Part shown: piece by piece, positions 43,728 through 52,616 of the stretch
Layout: every line of letters starts with the position of its first letter
Position numbering within the stretch: the stretch's first letter is position 1
Position numbers and translations under genes: made by a program
The notes under the pieces: generated by a model
Database searches by the model: none
What the model saw: only the letters and a program-made list of their open reading frames with translations
What the model was told of the DNA's origin: nothing
Assembly (NCBI GenBank): GCA_041658765.1
Contig: JBAZZO010000010.1
Coordinates: 2,360 to 66,359 of the forward strand
DNA from: Coriobacteriia bacterium
Lineage (GTDB): Bacteria > Actinomycetota > Coriobacteriia > Anaerosomatales > JBAZZO01
Direction of reading: 5' to 3'
DNA: 64,000 nt

Positions 43728-45475
43728 CCGCAAATCACCTCGGTGCTCGACCCCGGCGGCAAGACCGGCAGGACCGCGAGAACGCGACCCGCACGCCGCA
43801 CCAGAGGAAGGCCGACGCCACCGACCGCCACGCTCTCGGGCGCGGCGTCGTCGGGCCACGCCAGGGTCACCCCATCGATCCCGGTCGCTCCCCGGTTGAC
43901 GACGCGCACCGGACCTCCGTTCCGCGCGGGCACGGCGAGCACCTCCTCCCGGGCGATCCACCACGAGGCGACCTCTCCCATCGGGACGCGCCACACGTCC
44001 TCACCTGACGTCTCCAGGATCACGCGGCGCAGAAGGCGCATCCGGGTCTCCAGGTCGTCCCGGCCGTAGACTCCCGCATGTACCAGCATGACCCCGAGCG
44101 AAGCCGTATCGCGGACCCACCCGATCTTGCGCGCGAAGACGTCCTCGGCTTCGCCGACCGACAGTCCGGCGAAGACAGGCTCCATGTCCTGTGGGCCACA
44201 GACCGGAAGCTCGAGGATCCCGTGCCTGCCGACGAGCCCGAAGGGGTGGAAGGGCAGGAGGTAGCCGACGCCCGTACCGTGCCAGCCCGCCTTGAGGGAG
44301 GTATCGGCGTCCACCGTGGACGACCCGTATGCGAGCCCCGCCTCCTCGAGCGCGGCGGGCAGGTCGGGCGTGCGCATGAGCCACGGCGCCCGGAAACCGC
44401 GCACGGGCGCACCGACGGTCGAGCGCAACCGATCCACGGAGACCCGCACCTCCACGGCCCGCTGGTCGGGTGCGATACCGAAGAACGACGCGTCGTGGCG
44501 CAGGCCATGAGAGACGATCTCGTGTCCGTCCCCCGCAGCGCGGCGCAGCGTCTCGCGCGGGAGCGGGAATCCAGGATCCGCCACGACGTCGACAGACGAG
44601 CGCACCCCCGCGGCGCGCAACTCGTCGAGGAGTCGGGGCAGGCCCTTCTCGAAAGCGAACCTGCGTGGCTCGATGTCGTGTGTGAGACACACGGCGGAAC
44701 CCGCCGCCGACGGCCATCTCCAGACCCGGGGCACCGTTCCCGAGACTGAATCCAAGGCCTCGACGACGAGACTCTGCAGGGAGAAACCGGACGGCTCGAT
44801 GGGAGACTTGGTCGAGAACCTCGCGCTCGCCTCGACGTCACGCCGCAAGGACCGCAGGAGTCTCGAGTACGCGAGCAGCCTCAACCGCCACGGCGCATGG
44901 CGGTACGCAGCCGCGAGGAACCCGGGCAACGGGATCGCCCCGGAATCTCGCTGCGCGTACGCCTCGGAGAGCAGGTCCGCCATGGACCGCCCCGCGTCGA
45001 AGGCGACCACCACCGTGCTGCCGGATCGGATCGATGCGGGCAGCACCGCACCCTCTGTCTCGAAGACCGCGAGCACCTCCGCGTCCCGCCGCGGCTCGCA
45101 CACGGCTATCCCGCGGATCGGCACCCTGGCTGGATCGAGTCCGTACTCCCGCAACGTCGCCCCCGCACGCGAACGGTCCGCCCAGCGGATCTCCGCGAAG
45201 TCCGCGGAAAGACGGCCGGTGACGTCGCAGACCCCGCGATCGGAGGCGAGCTGCGCCAACCGGCCGCCTTCGTCGAGGACGACGACGAGCGCGGACGCCT
45301 CGGCGGCGACCGCGGCGTCCGCCGTCAGGAGTACCGCTGCGTCCTTCATCGCGACGCGCGGCGCGGATCCGCCGACGTCTCCGTCGACAGCGACAGCGAA
45401 CCCTTCGGCTTGCAGGACCGTCAGGAGCCCGGCGAGCGACCCGGGCGAGGCGACTACCGTGACCTGCGGCGCCAT
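43724..45475 (-). CDS. polysaccharide deacetylase (NodB-fold) with unassigned N-terminal domain
   Basis: Track ORF trimmed to ATG 45475. ..AVCLTHDIEP.., ..IVSHGLRHD.. and ..GFRAPW.. match NodB motifs 1-3. The N-terminal ~250 aa are unassigned. Confidence 0.6.
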   Translation of the reverse strand: MAPQVTVVASPGSLAGLLTVLQAEGFAVAVDGDVGGSAPRVAMKDAAVLLTADAAVAAEASALVVVLDEGGRLAQLASDRGVCDVTGRLSADFAEIRWADRSRAGATLREYGLDPARVPIRGIAVCEPRRDAEVLAVFETEGAVLPASIRSGSTVVVAFDAGRSMADLLSEAYAQRDSGAIPLPGFLAAAYRHAPWRLRLLAYSRLLRSLRRDVEASARFSTKSPIEPSGFSLQSLVVEALDSVSGTVPRVWRWPSAAGSAVCLTHDIEPRRFAFEKGLPRLLDELRAAGVRSSVDVVADPGFPLPRETLRRAAGDGHEIVSHGLRHDASFFGIAPDQRAVEVRVSVDRLRSTVGAPVRGFRAPWLMRTPDLPAALEEAGLAYGSSTVDADTSLKAGWHGTGVGYLLPFHPFGLVGRHGILELPVCGPQDMEPVFAGLSVGEAEDVFARKIGWVRDTASLGVMLVHAGVYGRDDLETRMRLLRRVILETSGEDVWRVPMGEVASWWIAREEVLAVPARNGGPVRVVNRGATGIDGVTLAWPDDAAPESVAVGGVGLPLVRRAGRVLAVLPVLPPGSSTEVICG

Positions 45476-45476
45476 G

Positions 45477-46529
45477 TCAGTCCGCCCGTCTCGCGATGGG
45501 CGCACCTGCGAGCCGCGTCAGCCACAGCGGAAGACAGCTCCAAGCCCTGCGCGCGAACCGGAACCCGGGAGCGTTGCTGTCGCGCTCGGGAAGGGGCCGC
45601 CCGGCCAGGACGCGCCGGTAGCTCGGAAGGTCGACCTCTTGCCCGCCCCATTTCGCCTTGAACGCCCGAAGACCGGTCTGGTATGGCGAGCTGGCCCCGA
45701 AGTCGAACACGGCGAGCCCCTCCTCGACCGCGGCTTCCAGGCATCGCCACACGAGCAGGTCGCCGATGTGCATCTTGGAGAAGCGCTCATCGGCCGCGAC
45801 GTAGCCGTACACCGCCCTGCCGCCCGAGACGAGGACGATCACCCCACCGACCGCCTGCCCGTCCACGCGAGCCAGCACCAGCCGCGCGAGACCGGCGGGG
45901 ACGAGGGCCGACCTCATCGCTTCGAAGAACTCGAGCGGGTAGGGGGGCACTCCGAGTCTCCTCCTCGTCCGGAGGAAGACGCCGTAGAACGCACGCATCG
46001 CGGACGCGTCCGTCTCCCAACCGGTCTCGACGCCGTACCGTTCGGCCTTTCGCACCGAAGCGCGTTCGTCCGAGTCTAGCCCCGCCCACAGACTCCCGGC
46101 GTCACGGCCCGCAAGGTCGATGGCCGACGTCGAATAGTGGCGACGCTCCTCGAATCCGGCGACCACCGCGGGGGGCAACCCTCCGACCGAACGCAGTTCG
46201 ACGTGGCGCGCTCCTGCGCGCTCCCCGAGCGACACCGCGGCCTCGACGAGTCCCCTAGCACTCGCTTCGTCCGCGGCGAGCGGGCCGCCCCTGTCCCGCG
46301 CGGGCACGGAGACGAGCTTCCGCGCACGGCGCGGGCCAGTCTCGTACAGGGGAAGCACGCCGCTCACGGCGTCGCCGTCGAGGGCGAGAAGATGGCGCGG
46401 GATCTGCCCGAGAACGGCCGCCGGACGCTCCCACTCCAGGTGGTGGTACGGGCCGGCGCCGGCGGTCCGCTCCACGAACGTCCGCCAAGCGTCCTCGTAC
46501 TCGGGAGTCAGCTCGACGAATGCCTTCAT
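45477..46529 (-). CDS. FemAB/GNAT-type (Acetyltransf_6-like) acyl/aminoacyl transferase
   Basis: Track ORF, 350 aa. ..PYHHLEWER.., ..FLRTRRRLGVPPYPLEFFEA.. and ..YQTGLRAFKAKWGG.. resemble FemAB-related/BioF2-like acetyltransferase proteins of exopolysaccharide loci. Confidence 0.55.
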   Translation of the reverse strand: MKAFVELTPEYEDAWRTFVERTAGAGPYHHLEWERPAAVLGQIPRHLLALDGDAVSGVLPLYETGPRRARKLVSVPARDRGGPLAADEASARGLVEAAVSLGERAGARHVELRSVGGLPPAVVAGFEERRHYSTSAIDLAGRDAGSLWAGLDSDERASVRKAERYGVETGWETDASAMRAFYGVFLRTRRRLGVPPYPLEFFEAMRSALVPAGLARLVLARVDGQAVGGVIVLVSGGRAVYGYVAADERFSKMHIGDLLVWRCLEAAVEEGLAVFDFGASSPYQTGLRAFKAKWGGQEVDLPSYRRVLAGRPLPERDSNAPGFRFARRAWSCLPLWLTRLAGAPIARRAD

Positions 46530-46533
46530 CCCG

Positions 46534-47502
46534 CTAACCGTCGCCGCCGGCGCGTCCGCCGCGCCGAAGCGCGAGGACGTCCCGCTGGATGCGAAGAAGC
46601 TCTCGCTGGACCTGGATCGTCTGCGTCGCGAGGACCGCGAACCCGAGCGCGCTCTGTCCGCCGAGGAAGAGCACGACGGCGACCGTCACGAGCGGCCTCT
46701 CGGGATTCAGGCCCCCCGTGAGGAAGACGTGGATCAAGTAGACCCCGATGGAGACCCCGGCGAGCACGAGCGCGAGCCCGAGCCACGCGAAGAGCATCGC
46801 CGGGCGGGCGAGGACGGTGAAGAGAAGATGGCTCGCGACCGTCGCCCCCATCCTGTGGTGCGAGGATCCGCGCGTGCGCGCCGTCAGCGTCGCCGGGACC
46901 TCGGCCGAGCGAAACCCAAGGGAGAGCGCCTTGGACAACACCTCGAGGTGGATATCCTTGTCGTCCGACTCCAGATCCAGCGCCTGCAGCACCTCGATGC
47001 GGTACGCGCGCAGGATGCCGGTACTCGTGTAGATCGGCTCGGAGAACGCATTGCGCAGCACCCGGTTGCCGAGACGCGAGACGGCCAGGCGGAAGCGAGG
47101 GACTCCGATCCAGCCCCCGCCCGGCATGTACGGGGAGCCGAGGACGAAGTCGATACCGGGGTGCTCGAGCAGGTGGTCCACGAGCGCGACCACATGGTCG
47201 GGCGAGTACGAGAGGTCCGCGTCGAGCGTGGCTACGAACCGGCCGCACGCGAGCGCGAATCCCTGGCGCAGGGCGTAGCCGCGACCTCGATTCACCGGGT
47301 AGATGACGGGTCGCACGCGAGAGTCCTGCACGGAGAGCGTCTCCAAGACGGCGGGTGTCGCGTCGTGGCTGCCGTCGCTCACCGGGATGAGCTCGTACTC
47401 CCACCCGCGACGCCCGAGCGTCTCGCCGACCTCAGCGAGCGTCCGGGCCGCTCCCGCCGCCTCGTCATACATCGGAATGACCACCGAAACGAGGACGCCC
47501 AT
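46534..47502 (-). CDS. GT2 polyprenyl-phosphate glycosyltransferase (DPM1/GtrB-like) with C-terminal TM helices
   Basis: Track ORF trimmed to ATG 47502. VSVVIPMYDE..., ..LDADLSY.. (DxD) and two C-terminal TM helices. Confidence 0.8.
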   Translation of the reverse strand: MGVLVSVVIPMYDEAAGAARTLAEVGETLGRRGWEYELIPVSDGSHDATPAVLETLSVQDSRVRPVIYPVNRGRGYALRQGFALACGRFVATLDADLSYSPDHVVALVDHLLEHPGIDFVLGSPYMPGGGWIGVPRFRLAVSRLGNRVLRNAFSEPIYTSTGILRAYRIEVLQALDLESDDKDIHLEVLSKALSLGFRSAEVPATLTARTRGSSHHRMGATVASHLLFTVLARPAMLFAWLGLALVLAGVSIGVYLIHVFLTGGLNPERPLVTVAVVLFLGGQSALGFAVLATQTIQVQRELLRIQRDVLALRRGGRAGGDG

Positions 47503-47584
47503 TGGAGTATCATAACTCACCCCACTCCCCTCGTCGGCAGGAGTGCTACTCTTCCGTGTCGAACATACCTTCGAGGAGACCCCG

Positions 47585-48670
47585 ATGAGCCCACACATGC
47601 GCAAGACCGGACCCCGTCCGCGGATCGCTGCGCCCCTGATCCTCGTCCTGGTCTCGACCGCCCTTCTCGCCACCGGGTGCTCGCGCCTCGGACTAGGACG
47701 GGCCCCGGCGACGACCGTCAGCCGCTCCACGCTCGGGACCGTCGTGACCATCACCGTATACGGCAGGGACAGGGCGGCGGTGAGCGCAGTCGTCGACCGC
47801 GCCTTCCGCGCGATCGACGTGCTCGACCGAGAGCTCGATCCGTACACCGCGAGCTCGATGATCTCTCGCTTCAACGCCGACCCCTACGCTTGGCAGCGGC
47901 TCCCGGCCGGTGCCGTCACGGTCTTCGACGAGATGGACCGTCTCGGCGTTGGCGGGGCCTTCGTGCCGACGCTGTGGGGCGCAACGCGACTCTACGACTT
48001 CGGCGGTACCGGAAGCGTGCCGGACCCCGGCGAGCTGCGGCGCGTCGTGGCGGCCTCCGGGATGTTCGAGCGTCGCGGCGCATCTGCACGCTTCCGTGGC
48101 GCTCCAGACTCCGAGAGCACATCCGCGTCTCTGCCCGGGATCGACCTCGGCGGCGCCGTGAAGGGCCTCGCGATCGAGCGGGCGGGCGAGATCATCGGGA
48201 CGGCTCCCTCGATCGACGGCGCGCTGCTCTCGGCGGGGAGCACCGTCCTCGCTGTCGGGCGGAAACCCGGGGGCGCCTGGCGTATCGGCATCGAGGATCC
48301 GCGCGAACCGGCGAGGATCGTCGCGGTGGTGAAAGGTACGACGACGCTCGGTTCGGTGTCGACGTCCGGCGACTACCAGCTGGGATTCGTGCGCGACGGT
48401 GTGCGGTACCACCACATCCTCGATCCTCGCACGGGGAAGCCGGTGCGGGGACTACGCTCGCTGACCGTGGCGGGAGCGATGTCTGCGCTGGATTCGGACA
48501 TCCTCTCCACGGCGCTCTTCGTCATGGGTGTCGAGAAGGCCCACGCCTATGCACGCGACCATGGGCTGGCGCTCTACACGGTCGACGACGAGGGGCATGC
48601 CCGGATCACACCGGCCCCGCCCGACGAGCGCTTCGTGCTCGAGACCGTCGCCGAACCGCGCTCGCGCTGA
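47585..48670 (+). CDS. apbE: FAD:protein FMN transferase ApbE, lipoprotein
   Basis: Track ORF trimmed to ATG 47585. Lipobox LLATGC. ..GIDLGGAVKGLAIE.., ..VSTSGDY.. and ..HHILDPRTGKP.. are ApbE signatures. Confidence 0.85.
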   Translation: MSPHMRKTGPRPRIAAPLILVLVSTALLATGCSRLGLGRAPATTVSRSTLGTVVTITVYGRDRAAVSAVVDRAFRAIDVLDRELDPYTASSMISRFNADPYAWQRLPAGAVTVFDEMDRLGVGGAFVPTLWGATRLYDFGGTGSVPDPGELRRVVAASGMFERRGASARFRGAPDSESTSASLPGIDLGGAVKGLAIERAGEIIGTAPSIDGALLSAGSTVLAVGRKPGGAWRIGIEDPREPARIVAVVKGTTTLGSVSTSGDYQLGFVRDGVRYHHILDPRTGKPVRGLRSLTVAGAMSALDSDILSTALFVMGVEKAHAYARDHGLALYTVDDEGHARITPAPPDERFVLETVAEPRSR

Positions 48671-48672
48671 CG

Positions 48673-49026
48673 CTACCGGATGTAGCTCTTCACCAAGTCG
48701 TAGACCAGCGGCATCTGGGCGAGTTCGCCGTTGTAGGCCTTCACGGCCCAGAGGACGGCGATCACGAACCAGGCGAGGGATACGATCGTGGTGCCGATCA
48801 GCGGCACGACCACCGCGACGGTCGACAGGACCGCCATCCCAAAGCTGAACCCGAGCGCCTGCACGGCGTGGAACTTGACGTAGTGCTCCGCCTTGTAGGG
48901 CTCGATGAGGACCGCGACGAGCGCGACGGGCCACACGACGTAGCCCAGAGCGGCAAGCAGCTTGCTAGTGTCTGACGCAGGACCCGACTGATCCTGCGAG
49001 AAGACCGGAGCCTCGTTCTCTGCCAT
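48673..49026 (-). CDS. DUF4870-like small membrane protein
   Basis: Track ORF, 117 aa. ..LAALGYVVWPVALVAVLIEPYKAEHYVKFHAVQALGFSF.. is the pattern I associate with DUF4870. Confidence 0.6.
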   Translation of the reverse strand: MAENEAPVFSQDQSGPASDTSKLLAALGYVVWPVALVAVLIEPYKAEHYVKFHAVQALGFSFGMAVLSTVAVVVPLIGTTIVSLAWFVIAVLWAVKAYNGELAQMPLVYDLVKSYIR

Positions 49027-49029
49027 GGA

Positions 49030-49177
49030 CCCACCTCTCTCGTGTCATGCGGCCGCCGGACCGCCGGACCCCATGGATTGCATCTTCCCCGTTCGCGGCG
49101 GTAGAATCCAGGGCGACCGGCGCCTTCCGGCGGAAGAACACGTCGTAGCAGCCAGCTCGACCGGAGGAACCGCAGCA
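49030..49177 (+). ncRNA. candidate c-di-AMP (ydaO-type) riboswitch leader of the M23 peptidase gene
   Basis: Four elements occur in the order they have in Bacillus subtilis ydaO: GGACCCCA (49066-73), GGTAGAATCC (49100-09), GGGCGA (49111-16) and CAGCTCGACC (49153-62). The Bacillus counterparts are GGGGGACCCA, GGGGUGAAUCC, GGGCGA and CAGCUAACC. Comparison was by eye only. Confidence 0.3.
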
Positions 49178-50380
49178 ATGCTTCGCAGCCGCGCCATCAT
49201 GATCCTCGTCGCCGCATCCCTCGCGGCGCTCGTCCTCTCGCCGCCCGCGTCCGCCGTGACGCGCGCCGATCTCGATGCCGCACGTCGTCGCGCCGAAGCC
49301 GCGCGTCTCGCGGCCCGGGAAGCCGAGGCGCGAGCCGATCGCCTGCTCGCCGAGACGCGCGCCCTCGAGACTCAGATCGCGGGCATCCAGAGCCAGGTCG
49401 CCGCTCTCGAGTCACAGATCGCGAGCGTCTCGGTCCGCCGCGCCAGACTCGAAGCGGAACTCGCGCATCTGCGCGCGGACGTCGCGGAACGCGAGGACGA
49501 GATCGCCCGCACGCAATCCGCGTACGAGGCCCAGCAAGAGGTGCTCGCTCAGCGCATCCGCAACTCCTACAAGCAGGGCGATCTCTTCTATCTGGAGCTA
49601 CTGCTCGGCAGCGCCGACATCGGCGACCTCATAGCGCGCACGTCGCTGGTGGAGCGCGTCGTCGAGCGCGACCGCCAGATCGCCGACGACCTCGCCGACA
49701 CGCGCGTCTCCCTAGAGAACGCCAAGATCGCGCTCGAACGCGACCTCGAAGCCGTGGCGACGAAACGCGCGGAGTCCAACGTCGAGGAGCGCGCACTCCG
49801 CGGCCTCGATGCCGCTCACCGCGGCCGCCTGGCCCAGGAACAGGCCGCCAAGGACGAGAAGGCGCGCCTGGTCACGGAGAACCGGGCGAACGCCGCGCGC
49901 CTGCGCGCGCAGGCCGAGGCCGAGGACCGCGAGAGCGAGCGCATCGCCGCCGAACTGGCGAACACCTCACACGGTGGAGGCCACTACAACGGCGTGATGG
50001 CCTGGCCGGTCCCCTCCAGCGAACGCATCACCTCGCCGTTCGGCTACCGGATCCACCCTATCCTCAACGTCAGGCGCCTGCACACGGGGATCGACATCGG
50101 GGCCGCAGAAGGCAGCGCTATCGTGGCGGCGGGTGGCGGAGCGGTGATCTCCGCGGGATACCGCGGCGGCTACGGCAACACGGTGATGATCGACCACGGT
50201 GACGGCGTGGTGACCCTCTACGCGCACCAGAGGGCGATCGCCGTCTCGGTCGGCTCGCGGGTCACGCGCGGGCAGCGCATCGGAGCCGTGGGCACGACCG
50301 GCCTCTCCACCGGCCCGCACCTTCACTTCGAGGTGCGTGTCAACGGCGCGCCAGTCAATCCGATGGGCTACCTGGACTGA
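49178..50380 (+). CDS. secreted M23 peptidoglycan metalloendopeptidase with N-terminal coiled coil (EnvC-like)
   Basis: Track ORF trimmed to ATG 49178 (GGAGGA SD). Signal peptide, coiled coil, then HTGIDIGAAEGSAIVAA...LYAHQ...GLSTGPHLHFEVR (HxxxD and HxH). Confidence 0.85.
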   Translation: MLRSRAIMILVAASLAALVLSPPASAVTRADLDAARRRAEAARLAAREAEARADRLLAETRALETQIAGIQSQVAALESQIASVSVRRARLEAELAHLRADVAEREDEIARTQSAYEAQQEVLAQRIRNSYKQGDLFYLELLLGSADIGDLIARTSLVERVVERDRQIADDLADTRVSLENAKIALERDLEAVATKRAESNVEERALRGLDAAHRGRLAQEQAAKDEKARLVTENRANAARLRAQAEAEDRESERIAAELANTSHGGGHYNGVMAWPVPSSERITSPFGYRIHPILNVRRLHTGIDIGAAEGSAIVAAGGGAVISAGYRGGYGNTVMIDHGDGVVTLYAHQRAIAVSVGSRVTRGQRIGAVGTTGLSTGPHLHFEVRVNGAPVNPMGYLD

Positions 50381-50404
50381 CGAGAACGACCCAGAACGCC
50401 CAGG

Positions 50405-50971
50405 CTAACCCGCGTTGTATTCCGCCATCGCACTGTCGACACCGTGCTCGAGCACGTGCACGACCGCCTGCGCCGCCTCCGGCAGCACCGCGGCGAGCCT
50501 GTCCGCCGCCTCTCGGCGCAGCGGTTCGAGGACGTAGTCCGCGGGGTCCATCCGTCCAGGCGGCCTTCCGACCCCCACGCGGACCCTCGCCCAGTCTCCG
50601 CTGCCGAGGGTCTCGACCAGCGAGCGCAGTCCGTTGTGACCACCGTGGCCGCCCGCCCACTTAACGCGCACGCATCCCTCCGGCAGATCGATGTCGTCGT
50701 GGACGACGACGAGGTCGGAGAGCGAGGCCTCGTAGGACCTCATCAGCCGAGCGACGGACTTGCCTGAGACGTTCATGAACGTCTGAGGCTTCGCGAGCAC
50801 CAGGTCCTCGTCCCCTATCCGCACGAGAGCCGCCTTCGCTCCGGCGAGGTCCTTCCAGTACGCCGCGCGAAGGTTCTCGGCGAGAAGGTCCACGACCATG
50901 AACCCGGCGTTGTGCCGGGTCTCGACGTACTCGGGACCGGGGTTGCCCAGACCGACGACTAGTCGGGCCAT
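50405..50971 (-). CDS. pth: peptidyl-tRNA hydrolase
   Basis: Track ORF trimmed to ATG 50971. LVVGLGNPGPEYVETRHNAGF...VVHDDIDLP...GGHGGHNGLRS. Confidence 0.9.
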   Translation of the reverse strand: MARLVVGLGNPGPEYVETRHNAGFMVVDLLAENLRAAYWKDLAGAKAALVRIGDEDLVLAKPQTFMNVSGKSVARLMRSYEASLSDLVVVHDDIDLPEGCVRVKWAGGHGGHNGLRSLVETLGSGDWARVRVGVGRPPGRMDPADYVLEPLRREAADRLAAVLPEAAQAVVHVLEHGVDSAMAEYNAG

Positions 50972-50979
50972 TCTCTCGA

Positions 50980-51615
50980 TCAGGCCTCTTCCTCGCCGGA
51001 ACCGATGACCTCGGGCTCCGGTGCCTCCTCGCCGACGACCTCTTCCTCTTCGAGCGCGAGGCTCGGCGCGGCGACCGAGCACACGATGGCGTCGAGTTCG
51101 TCGAGGACGGTGACACCCGCCGGGACCGATATGTCCGAGACGTGGAGGTTGTCGCCGACCTCGAGGGCCGACACGTCCGCTTCGAGGCTCTCGGGGAGGT
51201 CGCTCGGCAGCGCCGCGATATGCAGCTCGCGCAGCGTGTGCATCAGGACGCCACCGGTACGCTCGCCGACAGCCTGCCCCACGAAGTGGATCGAGACGGA
51301 GGTGTGCAGCTCGGCCTTCATGTCCACGGCCTGAAAGTCGACGTGCTCGATGGAGCCGCGCACGGGATCGAGCCGGATCTCCTTGACGATGACGTTGACC
51401 GGCTCGCGCCCCTCGACGTGGAGCATGACGAGCGTCGAGGTGATGCCTCCATGCTGGTACATCTTGTCGAAGTCGCGCTTGTCGAGAGAGAGCGGCGTCG
51501 ACGCAAGGCCCTGTCCGTACAGGACAGCGGGAAGCTTGCCTTCGGCGACAAGACGCCTGCTGGTCTTGCCCACGAGCTCACGGGGCTGCGCGGTGATGTC
51601 CATGCCTTCTGCCAC
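50980..51615 (-). CDS. rplY: 50S ribosomal protein L25 / general stress protein Ctc
   Basis: Track ORF, 211 aa. ..R..GKLPAVLYG.. and the long Ctc form with an acidic tail. Confidence 0.9.
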   Translation of the reverse strand: MAEGMDITAQPRELVGKTSRRLVAEGKLPAVLYGQGLASTPLSLDKRDFDKMYQHGGITSTLVMLHVEGREPVNVIVKEIRLDPVRGSIEHVDFQAVDMKAELHTSVSIHFVGQAVGERTGGVLMHTLRELHIAALPSDLPESLEADVSALEVGDNLHVSDISVPAGVTVLDELDAIVCSVAAPSLALEEEEVVGEEAPEPEVIGSGEEEA

Positions 51616-51653
51616 GGGGATCCCTCCTCACGCGGGCGACGAAGCCCGCTCGG

Positions 51654-52616
51654 TCACAACTGGAAATCGGGGTCGAACAACTCGGAGACGCTCTCGTCCG
51701 CGAACACGTTCTGTATCGCGTGAGCGAACAACGGCGCCACGCTCAGCACTCGGATCTTGTCGTGCAGCCGCGCCTCCGGAACGGGGAGCGTGTTCGTGAC
51801 GACGATCTCGACGATGTCCGAGCCTTCGATCCGCTCGTACGCGGGAGGCGAGAAGAGCCCGTGCGTCGCGCAGACGTAGACGTCCTTGGCGCCCTGCTTC
51901 GCGAGGACCTTCGCGCCCTCGATGACGGACCCCGCCGTGTCGATCATGTCGTCGATCATGATGCACGTCCGGCCCTCGACCTCACCGATCACGTGCGTGA
52001 TCTCCGCCACGTTGTGCTCCGGACGACCCTTGTGAAGGATGGCGAGGCCCCCGCCGAGCATGTCGGCGAACTTCTTGGCGACCTTCACGCGTCCGACATC
52101 CGGCGACACGACCGTGACATCCTCGAGTTCGTGGCTGTCGAAGTAGTCGGCGAGGATCGGCAGAGCGGTGAGGTGGTTCACGGGGAGATTGAAGAAGCCC
52201 TGGATCTGGCCCTGGTGAAGGTCCATGGTGATGACGCGGTCGGTGCCCGCCGTCGTGAGCAGGTCCGCGACGAGTTTCGCGGTGATGGGCTCGCGAGCCG
52301 CCGTCTTCTTGTCCTGGCGCGCGTAAGCGTAGTGGCTGATCACGGCCGTGATGGACCTCGCGCTCGCCCGCTTCGCGGCGTCGATCATGATGAGGATCTC
52401 CATGATGCTCGCGTTGACCTGTCCGCACATCGACTGGACGATGAAGACGTCGGCGCCGCGCACGCTCTCGAGGTAGCGGACGTAGATCTCGCCGTTGGCG
52501 AAGCGCTTGATCTTGATGTTGCCCAGTTCGACGCCGAGATGGCTCGCGATACCCTCCGCGAGCTCGGGGTTGTGCGAGCCCGCGAAGACCAGCATCCGCT
52601 TGCCGGCTTGACTCAT
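51654..52616 (-). CDS. prs: ribose-phosphate pyrophosphokinase
   Basis: Track ORF trimmed to ATG 52616. ..FANGEIYVRYLESVRGADVFIVQS.. and ..CIMIDDMIDTAGS.. (PRPP loop). Confidence 0.95.
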   Translation of the reverse strand: MSQAGKRMLVFAGSHNPELAEGIASHLGVELGNIKIKRFANGEIYVRYLESVRGADVFIVQSMCGQVNASIMEILIMIDAAKRASARSITAVISHYAYARQDKKTAAREPITAKLVADLLTTAGTDRVITMDLHQGQIQGFFNLPVNHLTALPILADYFDSHELEDVTVVSPDVGRVKVAKKFADMLGGGLAILHKGRPEHNVAEITHVIGEVEGRTCIMIDDMIDTAGSVIEGAKVLAKQGAKDVYVCATHGLFSPPAYERIEGSDIVEIVVTNTLPVPEARLHDKIRVLSVAPLFAHAIQNVFADESVSELFDPDFQL

